Shown here: one piece after another, positions 17,167 through 37,217 of the stretch
Layout: the number at the start of each line of letters is the position of its first letter
Position numbering within the stretch: the first letter of the stretch is position 1
NCBI GenBank assembly: GCA_012295275.1
Contig: CM022677.1
Location: 19,344,001 to 19,408,000 of the forward strand
From: Chrysomallon squamiferum
Taxonomy: Eukaryota; Animalia; Mollusca
Reading direction: 5' to 3'
Length of the DNA: 64,000 nt
Position numbers and translations under genes: made by a program
The notes under the pieces: model-generated
What the model was told of the DNA's origin: nothing
The model's input: only the letters and a program-made list of their open reading frames with translations
Databases searched by the model: none

Positions 17167-18206
17167 TGTCTGTCTGTTTGTCTGTCTGTCTCTGTTTTAA
17201 AAAAATCGAGTCTTTCAGTTCTTGAAACCGATATTAGAAATAACACATTTATATTTGTAACATTCGTATGCGTTTACGTCATAGTCATTTAGGTTTATGT
17301 CATAGAGAATCGCCTAGAAATATATCCACGTCATAAAAATGTGACTTCGTCATAATATATATATGCAGTTACGTCATAATTAAAAATGTTTCCTTCAAAA
17401 CGAAAAGTTTGCTTATTGCTATAACCTAATACGTATATATAAACGTCATAATGAAATGAGCTTACGTCATAATAATCCAGATATTCCAACTGGTATCCGT
17501 CAAGATACACGAAATCGAACTTGCGGCCTTCTTTGAGCAAATTTACAAGAGTTGTCTTTCCATTACCTGGTAAGAAAAGGAAGCGAAAGATAATGATGAT
17601 GATGATATAGTGAAGTATACTATTTAAAAAAAAAATAAATAAATAAATAAATACGAATATATATAATAAAGGTTGCTTATATGATTAACAGCGTGACCTT
17701 ACAGTTTCATAAGAAATATATATATATATATATATTAGATCAGTCCTTCATACACACACACAGTTACGTAACAAACATACATATATATACAAACACACAC
17801 ACAGACACACACATACACACACACATACGAGTACCTCAAAATAACAATAATAATAATTAAATTCTGAGAATAACTGGAGTTATTAAACGTAGAACGAATA
17901 GGGAAAAAAAAGAGATATAAACTGTGGATAAAGAATTATGCTTTATATTACCCATGCGTATCTCTATTTTCTTTCCGTGCGGTGACTGGTCGAAATTTTC
18001 CCGGGCTATCTTCTCCAGATATGCCTCGTTATCACATGTGACAACAACGCCATCTTCTGGCACAGCTTCTGCCATTCCAAGGGCGGTAAATCTGTAAAGA
18101 AATTTCAATGATATCTTTTTTTCTTTTTTTTTCTGAATTCGGCTTTTAGCAGATTAAAAGATTTGTACCACAGAACTGAAAACGTGTTGAACAGATGAAC
18201 AGAGGA

Positions 18207-18286
<80 letters not shown>

Positions 18287-18315
18287 CTGTGTGTGTGTCT
18301 GTATGTACACACAAA

Positions 18316-18362
<47 letters not shown>

Positions 18363-19937
18363 GTGTGTGTACACTCACACACACACACACACATATATAA
18401 TACATATAAAAAAATCCAAAATTAGACAAAATGATGCACCAGAAAAATAAATAACAAGAATTATAATGAAATTATAACTAAATGGAAATGGACAATATAC
18501 CAGATGGCGAACTAACAAGATGGTGGAATCTAACATGGCGGACTAAAATGGTGGACATCCAAGATGGAGAACTAACAAGATGACGGAAAAAATGGCGGAC
18601 AAAACAACACAGACACGCATACAAGACAAGATGGCGAACTAACAAGATGGCGGACTTTCAAAATGGCGGAATAAAACATCCCGACCTCCAGCACAAGCGC
18701 TTTCTGCACCTTGATGGCGAACTGCAAGATGGCGAACTTTCAAAATGGCGGACCTACCCATAAAGCATTCCGACCTCCAGCATCTATATTTATTTACCTT
18801 TATTTAAAATTTATTTTTTTGTTTGTTTATTTGTTTGTTTGTTTGTTTGTTTGTTTGTTTGTTTGTTTGTTTATTTATTTATTTAATTTCTTTGTTTGTT
18901 TGATTATTTATTAATTATTATCTTTTCGTCTTTCTCTTTCTCTCCTTCTATGTTCCTTCTTTCTCTCTCTCTCTTTTTTCCCATTTTCTGCCTCTCTACA
19001 AACGCTCTCACGCACACGCATGCACACACTGCCTCTCTACAAACGCAAACATATAGATACAAAACACACGTACAAAAGAAATAAATAGGTAAAAACACAC
19101 ATATCTAAATAAAGAAACCTGACAGACATACGTACATACACACATCCACAGAGTATCTCTCTCTTTCTCTCTCTCTCTTACACGCACATTTCTGTTCTTC
19201 CATCATTCTCTCCCTGATTCACTAATAAACAAAACTTTCAGCAGTAAACAAAAGCTCAACAACCAAACACTTATCAGTAAAAGAAAGAAAAATCTTTCGT
19301 CAGTAAGCAAATGTTTTAAATAAACAAACGTTGCTTAACAAACATCGATAATAAACAAAATTTCATTAATAAACAAAACGTTGCTCATTAAAAAACAAAA
19401 TTCTCATTAAAAAACAAAAAACCTCATTAACAAAAAAACAAAAACAAAATACTCATTTTAAAAAAAAAAAAAAAATGTAAAAAAAAAACATGTTATTTAA
19501 TAATAAAAATACTCATTAATTAAACAAAACAAAAAACCCTCATTAGCAAAAACAACAAAATAAAAAAATACCAAAGAATTAAAAAAACGCCAAAGAATTA
19601 AAAAAAATAATAATAATTAAAAAAAACCTTGCAATATGTCGCTCAGCCAGTTGATATGAAACTGCTTCCTCACGGTTCCGTCCTTGTATAATTTTTCCCA
19701 CGGATGGTTGTGCGTCATATCCAGGACATTTTGTAACGCGGCGCTGATTGGGCTGGTCTTTGACGCGGCGTACTTGTCCCGCTTGTTGACGTAATCGCAA
19801 ACGAGCTTCACGGACTGGGCCACGTCAGGCGGTGTATCGGATTCCTGTACCCTGTGGTGGAGTTTCCGCAGTTCGTTTTCCACGGGGTTCTCCAGTTTGT
19901 CTTCGTCTAGAAACGAGTTTGTGGTGTGCGACGACAT
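16444..19937 (-). CDS. Class I cation-dependent O-methyltransferase (CCoAOMT/Methyltransf_3 family), MysB-like; exon 2 disrupted in this sequence
   Basis: Exons 19937-19628, [scrambled exon 2, ~18785-18670], 18091-17952, 17566-17466, 17068-16919, 16491-16444. Motifs: WLSDILQG, LEVGM(F/L)YG/FTALGMAEAVPEDG, SPHGKKIEIRMG, FDFVYLD, TIVVDNV, DPTLEKVFLPIRDGIYMIRRK*. The last intron is GC-AG. Confidence 0.85.
18500..18755. repeat. Degenerate array of about a dozen (C/A)A(A/G)ATGGCG motifs, YY1-consensus-like
   Basis: Repeated CAAGATGGCGAACT / AAAATGGCGGAC units interleaved with O-methyltransferase exon 2 fragments. Confidence 0.75.
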
Positions 19938-20753
19938 TTTGGTTCTCTGAAAAAAAAGAGAAAAAAAAAAACGGACATAAATTTTAGAGTGTTCTCTGTC
20001 TGTCTGTCTGTCTGTCTGTACGTCTGTTGCTTCTGACGTGTAGGTGTTTGTCCGTTCGGTATATTTTAAAACAAAGAAATTGTGTGTATATTTCCATATG
20101 TCATTTCCATAAAAAGCTAATAGAGAATGTCATGTTTGTTTTAAGAAGATACAAAAACATTTGTATACGTATATTTTTATTAAACCTACTTCTGTTAATT
20201 CTTATAATCATTATTCTACTACAACCACTGCTGTTGCTACCACTACAACTGCTACCTTATTAATGCTGTTGCTGCTACTATTACCACTCCTGCCATTACT
20301 ACTACTACTACTATTGCTTGCAACTACTGCCACAACAATTACTAAAACTAATACCAGTACTACTACTACTGCAATATTTTTCTAGCAAAAATCTTTATAC
20401 AAGAAACTACCAGATCCGTATAAATTAAAAAGTATTGGTAATAAAAAAAAGCGAAACAAGCGCAGTGAATACTGTCTGTGCATTATATCCTTCAAGTATC
20501 ATAAACGAATGCTTCCTGGTTTACGTCACAGTACCTTCCCGCGTAAACAGCTCTATGGTTGACACACGTATACGTAAAACTGCTAGTTAAACCACGTGAC
20601 GAATCTGGTCTCTCGGTTTCTGACGAACGTAATCTCTCTTACGTAGTAAGCCAATAGTCCGGTTATCCTTTAGCAGAGAACAGCTCGAACAAACAGGCAG
20701 ACAGACATCTGAATGGATGTCACTGATCCTACAGCCAGATATAGGTCGAAACC

Positions 20754-20797
<44 letters not shown>

Positions 20798-20997
20798 CCT
20801 GTAAAAGCTGTCACGTGTCAATCAGCTGACCGTTACGTCACTGTTTACATCGATTCAAACAACTAAGACTAAATGATGTTTTACAAAGTACCAAGCGAAC
20901 TCGAGAATAGCCAATAATTATAAATTAAAAAAAAAAAAAAAAAAAATAAATCACAGCCGAAATTATTGATAAATGAGTATAGTAGTCGGAATGAAAG

Positions 20998-21028
<31 letters not shown>

Positions 21029-21259
21029 GATAACAGACTTTTCCTTGACGGACAACAAGCGATATACATCCAAATCTCCGTCTAAACGCGAGCTAACTAA
21101 CCTGCTAACCTACTAACCCTGGGATTTCCGGACGACCGTGATAATTGTAATATTATAATGAACTCTATGCAGACTGTTATTTTCTTCTTGTAATGTAATA
21201 ATGACAACAACGGCGACAACTACAGCAACGATAATTATAATTTGTCCCCCAACTTGAGA

Positions 21260-21330
<71 letters not shown>

Positions 21331-22203
21331 GTAGACAGTGTAAACATAAGCCACTGTATAGCAAAAAAACAAAATAGAATTTACGTAGGAAAAAAATTCT
21401 GTACATATTTTCTCAATAAACGAATCCATTTACGTTTAAGAAAGTGAAAATACGTTTTCCAAGAAAAAAAAAAAAAAAAAAAAAAATCACAAAAATACAA
21501 TAAATAAGCCTGACAAAGTCTACAATCGAAAAGCAGACGAGATTATTATAAATTAGCTAACTACGCGAATTCGGATTTGCTTCCCCTTGTCTTTCTTTTC
21601 CTAGACTTTAATTATTTTAACACCTTAATGATTTTTCTTCTTTTCACTTACCTTGAAAAGCAACTGTGTTAACGCGTGGCTTTCGGCGGGGTTTTTATTT
21701 TTATCGCTCAAGGTCAAGGCCATTCAGTTTCTGCTTAAGTGTCGTCAGCTCTCGGCTGCTTTGCCTAAGAGGCGGGAAAAGTAGGTCATTGTGCTCATTG
21801 CAAACGAGGTTGCCTAGACTTGATCAACGTCCTAATTGATCGTTGTTACGTTTCAGGGATAATTTTGTCTTATTATTCAGTTAAATTGTTCTATCAATAC
21901 AAAAATAAACAAATAAATAAAGGGATATTTTTGTCTTATTCTTCAGTTAAATTGTTCTTTCAATACATAAATAAACAAATAAATAAATAATGAAAAATAA
22001 ATCTATATATAACTAACTCAATAGATTTTGTTCATGTCATAACGACTTTTCAAAAAAAAAAAAAAAAAAAAAACTCCAAAAAAAATACAATAACGGTCTT
22101 AGGATTATAATTCAGTAAATCGAAAACCAAGTTTGTCTTTCAGTTAATAAATAAATTAAAAAAAATAATAATAAAATAAAATAAATAACTATATCAAATG
22201 TAA

Positions 22204-22275
<72 letters not shown>

Positions 22276-22776
22276 TTTCGATCTTAATAAAGTTCAAGAT
22301 CCGCAGAATTTTTACGGGGGTGAGACAACAGAATTCGGCACCTCTAGGAAAGGGCACTCTTGATTATCTATCCATATATGTATGTACGTATGTATGTATC
22401 TATGTATGTATGTTACAACGTATGTTTGCAACCAACTTCGCTGCCTAACGTTATGTAAATATTTAAACAGTTACTGAAAATACTATTGTGTCTGTTTAGA
22501 GTCGTTCATCTGTGACGTCACAGGGCTTCTCAATGAAATAAGATCGTGCTCTGACGGTACAACAAGGAAGTACCCGTTAACGAAATCGTACGAGCTATTT
22601 TTACCAGAGTTACGTGATTATGACAGAGGACATGTTAGATTCGTCCTGTGGTTGTTGTATTTTATTATTGTCGTCGTCATCGTAGTTGCTGCTGTTGTTG
22701 TTGTTGTTGCGTGTTTTTGTTTTAATTCTCTCAATCGTATAAACAACGTCCAGTTTAAAAATTTGGAAAGACACAA

Positions 22777-28457
<5,681 letters not shown>

Positions 28458-29043
28458 AATTATTTTAGCAAGCGTTTGCTGAAGTAATGTACGAACTCAG
28501 TTGAACATTAGCGAGACGTAACGAATATACAAAAAGAAAACAAGAAAAAGAAAAAGTGGTTCAATCCAAGGAAGGAATTTATTTGTTAATGTATATAACA
28601 AAAAACATTTTTTCTTCTTCTTATTCTTCTTTTCTGTCACATGTTTAAATATATCCATAATGTTGAACATAATATAGTTTGATATAATGACGGTGTTTGA
28701 ACAATTTCTCGTTCCAGTTAGTGCTCTTTTAGTTAAATATTATTTTTGTGTTTGTATATTGGTTTCAGTGTTTTCGGTTTTAGCCGTTGTTGTTGTTTGT
28801 TTGTGTCTCTTATTTGATTTTCTGATTTTTTTCTGAGTCTTTGTTTTAATTTTATATTGTATTTTTTTTTCTATTTCTTTATTGATATTGTTGTTACCTT
28901 CTGTTTTGTGAAGAAACGATGGCGATGTTGTATTTATTGTGTTTTTGTGTTTATGCATAAACATTTTTTTTTATTATTATTATTATTTTTTTTTAATCTC
29001 ACTTTGGATTTTGTATTCTCGGATTTATTTATTTATTTATTTA

Positions 29044-29089
<46 letters not shown>

Positions 29090-29389
29090 TAATAACAAGT
29101 ATTCAAACTTTTATAAGAATATTAATATTACTTTGATTAATAAATCAATCCTGATTTTAGGCATCCAAATATTTTTCTTTGTTTGTTGTTTTATTTCATT
29201 TTAATTTCCAGCAGGGTAGCGAAGGAGAAACGGTGTGTAGGGGGAGAGAGAGAATAGAAAGGAGAATGGAGGAGTGAGAGAAGGATGGACGGCTGGCCAG
29301 TTGATTAGTTACAATAGATAAATAAAAAAAAATTAAAATAATAATAATAATAATAATAACAAAAATAAAACACCCCAAAACAAACAAAC

Positions 29390-29451
<62 letters not shown>

Positions 29452-30360
29452 CAACAACAACAACAAAAAAAACCCAAAACAAACAAAACAAACAAGACTG
29501 ACAACATAAAAAGTATGAAAAACACTGCGAATGAGAGAAACAAAAAAAACAACACATTACGTCATTTCAGTTATGTTAATTTATTGATAAATAGGGGAAG
29601 TACGAACGGACACAGTTAATACTCGACCCAAACATCATCCTAATGTATATTCAGGTATTATATGTTGTTGTTGATGTTGTTGCTGCTGTTACAATTGTTC
29701 TTTTTAATTTCTTCTTTTCTATTTTATTAATTTTATTTATTTATATATTTATTTATTTATTTATTTATTTATTTATTATTATTTTTTTTTTTTTTTATAT
29801 ATAAAATCTTAATTAACAGTATATATTTATTTATAATTTATTTATAACAATAATTTTAATATAAAAAAAACTGTTTTATCGTATATAAACCAGTTATTTT
29901 CCCCAACCTATTCACTACCAGGTGTACCTTCTTCTTTAAATGTATTTTATTCTTAAAAGTCTGTCTACTCAACAACAACAAGAACAGCAACTAACTCGTT
30001 TTCCGTCTTTAATTTCTTGGTCAAAAATATAATAACTGAATAAGCAAATTAAATAACGAGAGGACTTCTTGAGATGGTCGACAATACTTTGTTAATACTG
30101 TTTCAAATTCAGAGATAACTGGCAGACAGTAGTGTAGGTCTCTGTAATTTAAAAGTATATTTTTATCAGCTATATCTTAATTAAATATAGCCATCTATGA
30201 AATTTTAACTTAGCTCACGTATTTCTCTCTACCTTTATGGAACCGCAGACCGTAGACTGGTTCCGGCAGGTTTATTACAAAGGAACCCGAAACAGGCAGG
30301 CGGAGTTGTATGGATTTCGTAGATGTGGTTGAAACAACAACAACAACAGTGCAGGCGACA

Positions 30361-30628
30361 ATGGCTGAAAGTTCCTTTGCGAGAGAACAGTTGATGAAAC
30401 ATGGATGGACTGATGGTAAAATATTTATTTTTTATATGGTACTTTTTATTAGAGAATTTACAAATTGAATTATAAAATATTTTAAAAGATTAAAAGTTAC
30501 GATATCAAATGCATTAACTAATTACTTTATTATTTTGCAATTGGATGCACTTCGAAATTGCAGAGCAGACGATATCGAACGTCACGGAACAACAAATTAT
30601 AGATTTATTAGTATTAAAACTACGAAGA

Positions 30629-30664
<36 letters not shown>

Positions 30665-33600
30665 GAGACACACAGTTTTAAAATCATTTTATGTCATGAA
30701 ATGTTATAAAAAGTACAATTATATTTATGAACTTTTATGGTGTGTAATACAAAAATGCAGGAACTCTTCAGTTTTCTTGCTTTCAACATAGAGATGTACA
30801 ATTACATCAAACCTTCAACAGAAAAAATAAAATAAAGTTTTTATACTGATAATATAACAAAATCAATGATAAATAACTTCTAATAAACAAACTAGTACTA
30901 TGATTTCATTTCATTTCATTTTATTACATGTTCAAACTGTAGATTTGTATATTAAAATACAATGACATAAATAATATCATATAAAATACATATTCTTAAT
31001 GTTATTATTATTATTATTATTTTTTTTTTACCCCCAGGATGTGGTTTAGGTAAAGAAGAAGATGGAATTACAGATGCCATTAAAGTGAAAATAAAGAAAG
31101 ATAAACGTGGGGTACAAATAAAAATATAATTCTACAATAATCTTGATTATAACACACACACACACACACACACACACATCTATTCTGTTAACTGCAGATC
31201 ATAAATGAATATAATGTCGTTATAATCACATTGTTAATTTCAGGTAGGTCACAATGCAGGTAAAGAATTTACCTATCACTGGTGGGACCATGCATTTGAC
31301 AAAGCGGCAGAAAGTATCAAGGTGGAAACATCAGAGGTTCGTTAACTTACCTTCAACTATTTGAATAAATGAGCTAATAAAAAAATAATAATTCAAAGTT
31401 AATATTTCATTATTTGGGGTGACCGATCTCATTCACAAAAATAAAAAGAAAAAAAAATAGAGAATTTTGAGTTATTATTTTATTATTTTGGTTAACAAAA
31501 TAAAATTAAAATTAAAAAATGTATGTTTATATTGCCAAGTTTTTAATTTTTTTATTTTTTTGGTTGACATAATAAAACAAATTAAAAACATGTTTTTTTA
31601 ATATTTATACTGCCAAGTTATTATTGTATTGTGTTGGGCAACCTATCATAATCCGTAACTAAACAAAACAAAACCCACTACATTTTTTTAATTCCTTCAG
31701 TTATTGTTTCATTCATTTGAGCAGTCTATAACCACTAAAAATAATTTATGACAATAAAATAATAATGTTAGAGAATATACAAATGCTGCCATTTTGCTCC
31801 TAAGTAAATGAAACTGATATCAGTATATATGTAATAGTCAGTCAGCTGGTATTTTTTTTCTAGGAATGCTAGAAGAAAGCAACTTTAGAGTAAGTCAGTC
31901 CATGAATTAGAGAAACAAGACAGTCACGAGATATTTTTAAAATTTTGCTGTTAATTAACATTAGAAAACAGAAAAGCAATGTAACATAATATTTGATACA
32001 GGAATATTTAAAATGTATTTAGGCTGTTTGCTCATTTTTGCCAAAGGTTACATTTAAATACTAGAAGAAACTAGTTTGAGTTAATCCATGGACTATACTA
32101 CAGAAACATAACAGATATTTTTAAGTTGTTTTATTTTATTTTATATTTTTTTAATTATTATTTAATATTAGAAAGCAGAAAAGCAATATGACTGGAATAT
32201 ATTTAATACTGTTATACATCCTTATTAATTAAGGCAGGAGAGAACAAAAAAAAATTACCCCCAATAATTAATTATATATATGTGTGTATATATATATATA
32301 TATACCTAAGAAGTATGCAGAATATACTTTTGCAGAGACAAATTGTTTTTTCACATTATGAAAAATGCCCTTTAATTAGCATTGCACAGGAAACAAAGAT
32401 ATTTCAAAAAGAAAATATTAAGTAATTAAACATATATTCAACTTGGAAGAATGCAGAATATGTTTAGACTGTTTCTTTGTGTCATTGAAGGTACATTGAA
32501 TTAAGATTGGAAATAAAAAAAAAATTGCAGAATATATTTAACTTATTTCTTCGTACCAACTAAGAAACACTTTAATTAAAACTGAACAGAATACAAAACA
32601 AATAATAACAGAATATATTTACACTGTTCCTTTGTAACATCAAAGATGCATGATAATTTTTTTTAATTAATTTTATTTTTTGTTGTTGTTGAAAAGTAAC
32701 TACAGAATATATGATTATAACATTAATTTAACTACCTTGATGGAAAGAAAAACTGAAAATATTTAAAAATATATTTTTTTGATTGTTATAATATTTGTCA
32801 TATTTTAAACAAACATTCAAATATTTTTTGGAGAAGCAGTAAGTTCTATTTTTTCAATTTTATGTATGAATTAATTAATTTATTTTGTTATTTTAATGAT
32901 GTGTTTAAGTAGCAAATGTAGTTTCTTTCTTTAATGGAATAGATTATTGTATTTTTATAGTGTTTTAAACACACGGTCTCAATATATTAATACCTGGAGC
33001 AAAATAAATCGTAAAATGTAGCTGTGTTCATTAATAAAAATGACATACAATCTAGACTGGGAAATATGTGCTGCATAAGACTTAACATTAACATTTTCAC
33101 CTGCAGTGTGTGAGTTGTAGTAATATACACTTAATATCAACACTTTAGTTTACTCATGGTATAATTCTGTTGTACCAATTTTAATTTATTATTATTTATT
33201 TTATTTTTTTTCAGGAAGGTGTGGTTCTATCAAAGTCATCTGAAAATTCAAACAAGAAGAAAAAAGATTTTCTTTATGGAACATTTGTAAAGGTGATAAG
33301 CTGAATTTTTTTAAATTATACACAGACATATATATATGTATAAATATATACACAGACACAGACGCACAATTTCATATAAAAAGTAAAAATGTTTTCTTTG
33401 TAAACTTTGTAACAGTAAAATGTTAAATTTATGTAAAAATTATAGACAGACAAAACGACACATACACTCATACATAGTCGCATCCATGTATTCCTTGGCC
33501 ATATTTCTGCAATTTTATTTATAATCTGTTTTTATTTATTTTATTTTTTATTTTATTCTTTTCTTTCACATTATTTTTTGTTTTATTTTATTTGATATTC

Positions 33601-33831
33601 CCATCATTTTATTTTATACTACATTCATTTCTTTTCATTCTATTACTAATACGAATAATAATAATAATATAATATGTTATTGAATATATAATTCTAGTTT
33701 ATAGTAAATTTAATTTTTAAAATAATTTTGTGATATTTTTGAAAGGGTGGAACTCTTCTGGATAGTAAGGAAGAAATGTTGTCGTCCAGTAATGAGGACA
33801 CTGATTCGGAAGAAGACTGGAGCAAAAACAG
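30361..33831 (+). pseudogene. GPATCH4: 3'-truncated duplicate of GPATCH4 (exons 1-5 only)
   Basis: Exons 30361-30415, 31038-31111, 31244-31336, 33215-33292, 33746-33831 are intact in frame, but the duplication junction at 34551/34552 precedes exons 6-7. Confidence 0.85.
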
Positions 33832-34469
33832 GTTTTTAAATTTATTTATTTTATACAAAAATTATAAATAATATTGTACAAGGAAACAGTACTAAAGCAA
33901 GTTTAAAAAAGAAGAAAAAAACGATAATTAAAAGGGCTGTTTTATTAAAGCAGCATTTAGAAAGCTGAGTTTATAAGAATTTCTTATAAAGAAAAATTGG
34001 TTACTTTAAAAAATACAGTCTAAGGGGAGACTATCTAAATTTCCTTCATATTTTTTTTTTTTTTTCATTATTATTATTTTTTAATTATATCATTATTGTT
34101 AATTACTTTTATACCAAAGTATAGTTGTTGAAGATGGGTTAATAATTGTAGGTAACGGCTTTAGGTTATTTTTTTTATTAATACTTAATTTTTTTTTCTA
34201 AATTTAAGATACTGCAATATATTTTTTTTCTATCTGCTGTTAGATTATTTTACTGTGAGTTGCTGTTGAATATTATTCTCATTATTTTTATTATTATTAT
34301 TTGCTGTCTGATTAAGTTTTTAAGTAGGAATTCTTTACAGTGCATTTAGAATATTCTGAGTTATTATAATTTTTATTATTATTATTAGCTATCTGTTTTC
34401 GTCAGTTTTTGAGTGTAGTGATTTTTTTGCTTGGGTTTCGAATGTTCTCAGTTATTGTTATCTTTATTA

Positions 34470-34551
34470 CAAGTTGTAGATCCCGTGTCTGAAATTCTTG
34501 GGACAGGAACAGTTTTGGATTTAAGACTTTTTTCTTCTTTTTTTTGGAATA
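34470..34551 (+). mobile_element. 5' fragment of the Tigger/pogo-like MITE, cut by the duplication junction
   Basis: Matches the first ~80 bp of the element at 46256-46599. Confidence 0.55.
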
Positions 34552-35412
34552 CTGCCTAACGTTATGTAAATATTTAAACAGTTACTGAAAATACTATTGT
34601 GTCTCGCTGTGGCTAACTGTCTAGAATCGTTCATCTGTGACATCACAGAGCTTCTCAATGAAATACGGTTGTGCCCACGATTCCGTACAAGCTAGTTTTA
34701 CCAGAATTGCGTGATTATGACAGAGGACATGTTAGATTAGTCCTGTGGTTGCTTTGTTTTGTCGTTGTCATCGTAGTTGCTGTTGTTGTTGTTGTTGCGT
34801 GTTTGTGTGTTAATATTTTCAATCGTATAAACAACCTTCCAGTCTAAAAATTTGGAAAGACACAAATGGCAACACAGAGAATGGTAGGTAATTTTTTATT
34901 ATTAATTATTATTTTTTTTTTTTTTTTTATACGCCCATTTTAATACCCATTGCTTCTTCTACTTGTAATAATAGTAATTCTAGTAAAAATTATTACTAGT
35001 TCTGCTACTTCAAGCAGTCTGTCTCCCTATGACTATAACTGCCTAACATACCTATCTATCTATATACCCATCTTTCTTTCTGTCTGTAATCTGCATATCT
35101 ATCTACCTACATACCGGTCTGTCTGTCTGTCTACCTACCTATATCTGTCTGTCTGTCTACCTACCTAGCTATCTCTGTCTATGTATCTATCAACCTACCT
35201 ATCTATCTATCTATCTATCTACCTACCTAGCTAGCTAGCTAGCTACCTACCTACCTGTCTGTAAGTCTTTCTGTCTATGTATCTTTCAACCTACCTATCT
35301 ACCTACCTATCTATCTATCTATCTATCTATCTTTATATCAATATAATTTGTCTATCTACCTACCTACCTAGCAATCTCTATGTCTCTGTATGTCTGTCTG
35401 TCTGTTGGTCTG

Positions 35413-35446
<34 letters not shown>

Positions 35447-35779
35447 ACTACCTACCTGTCTGTCTTTCTACCTACCTACTCCATATATGTGTGTGTGTGT
35501 GTGTGTTTATATTACCTGCCTATCTCTCATTCTTTCTAAGTACCTAGGCAGGCATATAGACAGGTATATAGGTAGTCGACAAATAAGCACACACCTACAC
35601 ATGCACACATACATAGAACTGAAACGTACACCAAGCAGCTGAACTACAGTTGTTATCTCTCTTAAACATGTCTGTCACAGTCTAAATACTGCCCAAAGGA
35701 AAAAAAAAACCCAAACCTAGCTGTCGGTTAGCGCAACAGTTACAAACAACATTTAGTAAGCTCTTCCTTGTCTTACTGT

Positions 35780-35826
<47 letters not shown>

Positions 35827-37124
35827 TTATTATTATTATTATTAATTAGTTCATTTTCTCTCTTTTTTTTCACGTATGTTGAAAAATAAACAAAAAAATA
35901 CAAAAAAAAAAAAAATAATAATCTTTTGGCTCAAAACGGCTACACCCAAAATCTAACCTCAGGAATGGCAAACATATAATTATTTTTATATACAGTGTGT
36001 GTGTGTGTGTGCGTGTGTGTCTGTTCCTCCTTCATAACATATTTTAAAAAGAAGCAAACGGAATAAAAAATATACTTTCTTAACATTTTTCTTTCGTAAT
36101 TAAATAAATAAATAAAAGTAGACGCATAATAATACACAAAAACAATATAATTATTTTTGTAATTGTGTTTTCTTCAATTACTGGTTAGGTGAAATGTTAG
36201 TATCTGCGTCTATATATGAACATTTTGATTGTGATGATGATAATGATGATGTTGATGATGATGATGATGATATTTACTGTTATTATTATTAACAGAAGTA
36301 GTAGTAGTAGTAGTAGTAGTAGTTGTAAAGTTCAATATTAGTGGTGATAGCATCAGAGGCAGTAATTGTTGTAGTAGCAGTAGTAGTAGCAGCAGCAACC
36401 AACTTCGCTTGTAGCTGTAAGGCTGGTACATCTAGAGACAGCAGTTTTATTAATATTATTAGTGTTGTCCTCAAAATTTATTTGTTTGTTTGTGTATTTA
36501 TTTATTTCTTCAAGTTTTTTTTTTTTTGTTTGTTTTTTTATTTATGTATTTATTTGATTGGTTTGTTGTTTTTTCCCTTTTTTTTTAGTTCTTTATTGTT
36601 TTTGTTTAGCTGTTTATGTATTTATTTGCTTGGTTGTTTGTCTGTCCATTCATTCATTCATTCTCAGATGTCAGTGTACAAATCAACGCCATTACGATTT
36701 TCGAGCGTGCACGGGCAAAATGTGGAGCAGACGAACAGTCGGACTGGGTCCTCTTGGAAACTGTCCCAACATTTGGGTGTATGTAGCACAAACAGACCTA
36801 TTTTAAAAGGAGAAAATATTGAGATACACCTTTGTGGGAGTGGTCACGTGTATGTAGGTCTTCTGAAAAAGAAACCGGATCAAAAAGACATTTTAGAAGG
36901 AAAGATGCCGGAGAGGAAAATGGGAGACAACTGGATATACTTCCGGTTAAAGGATAATAATTACGTAGTTTGGCTGGAGAAAACGTCTTCGAAGGAAGTT
37001 AAGTTTCGTTCGGAACATGACGACAAACCGCAGCTGTTTAAAATAGATGACTGCTGGTTGTGCTGCCATCTGGTGTTTGGCAATGTTGAGGCAAAGATTG
37101 TGAAAAAAGGTGACTGAAATATTA

Positions 37125-37217
<93 letters not shown>

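Noticed and set aside
21860-21990. ~64-bp direct duplication
   Set aside because: A simple AT-rich local slippage duplication with no element structure.
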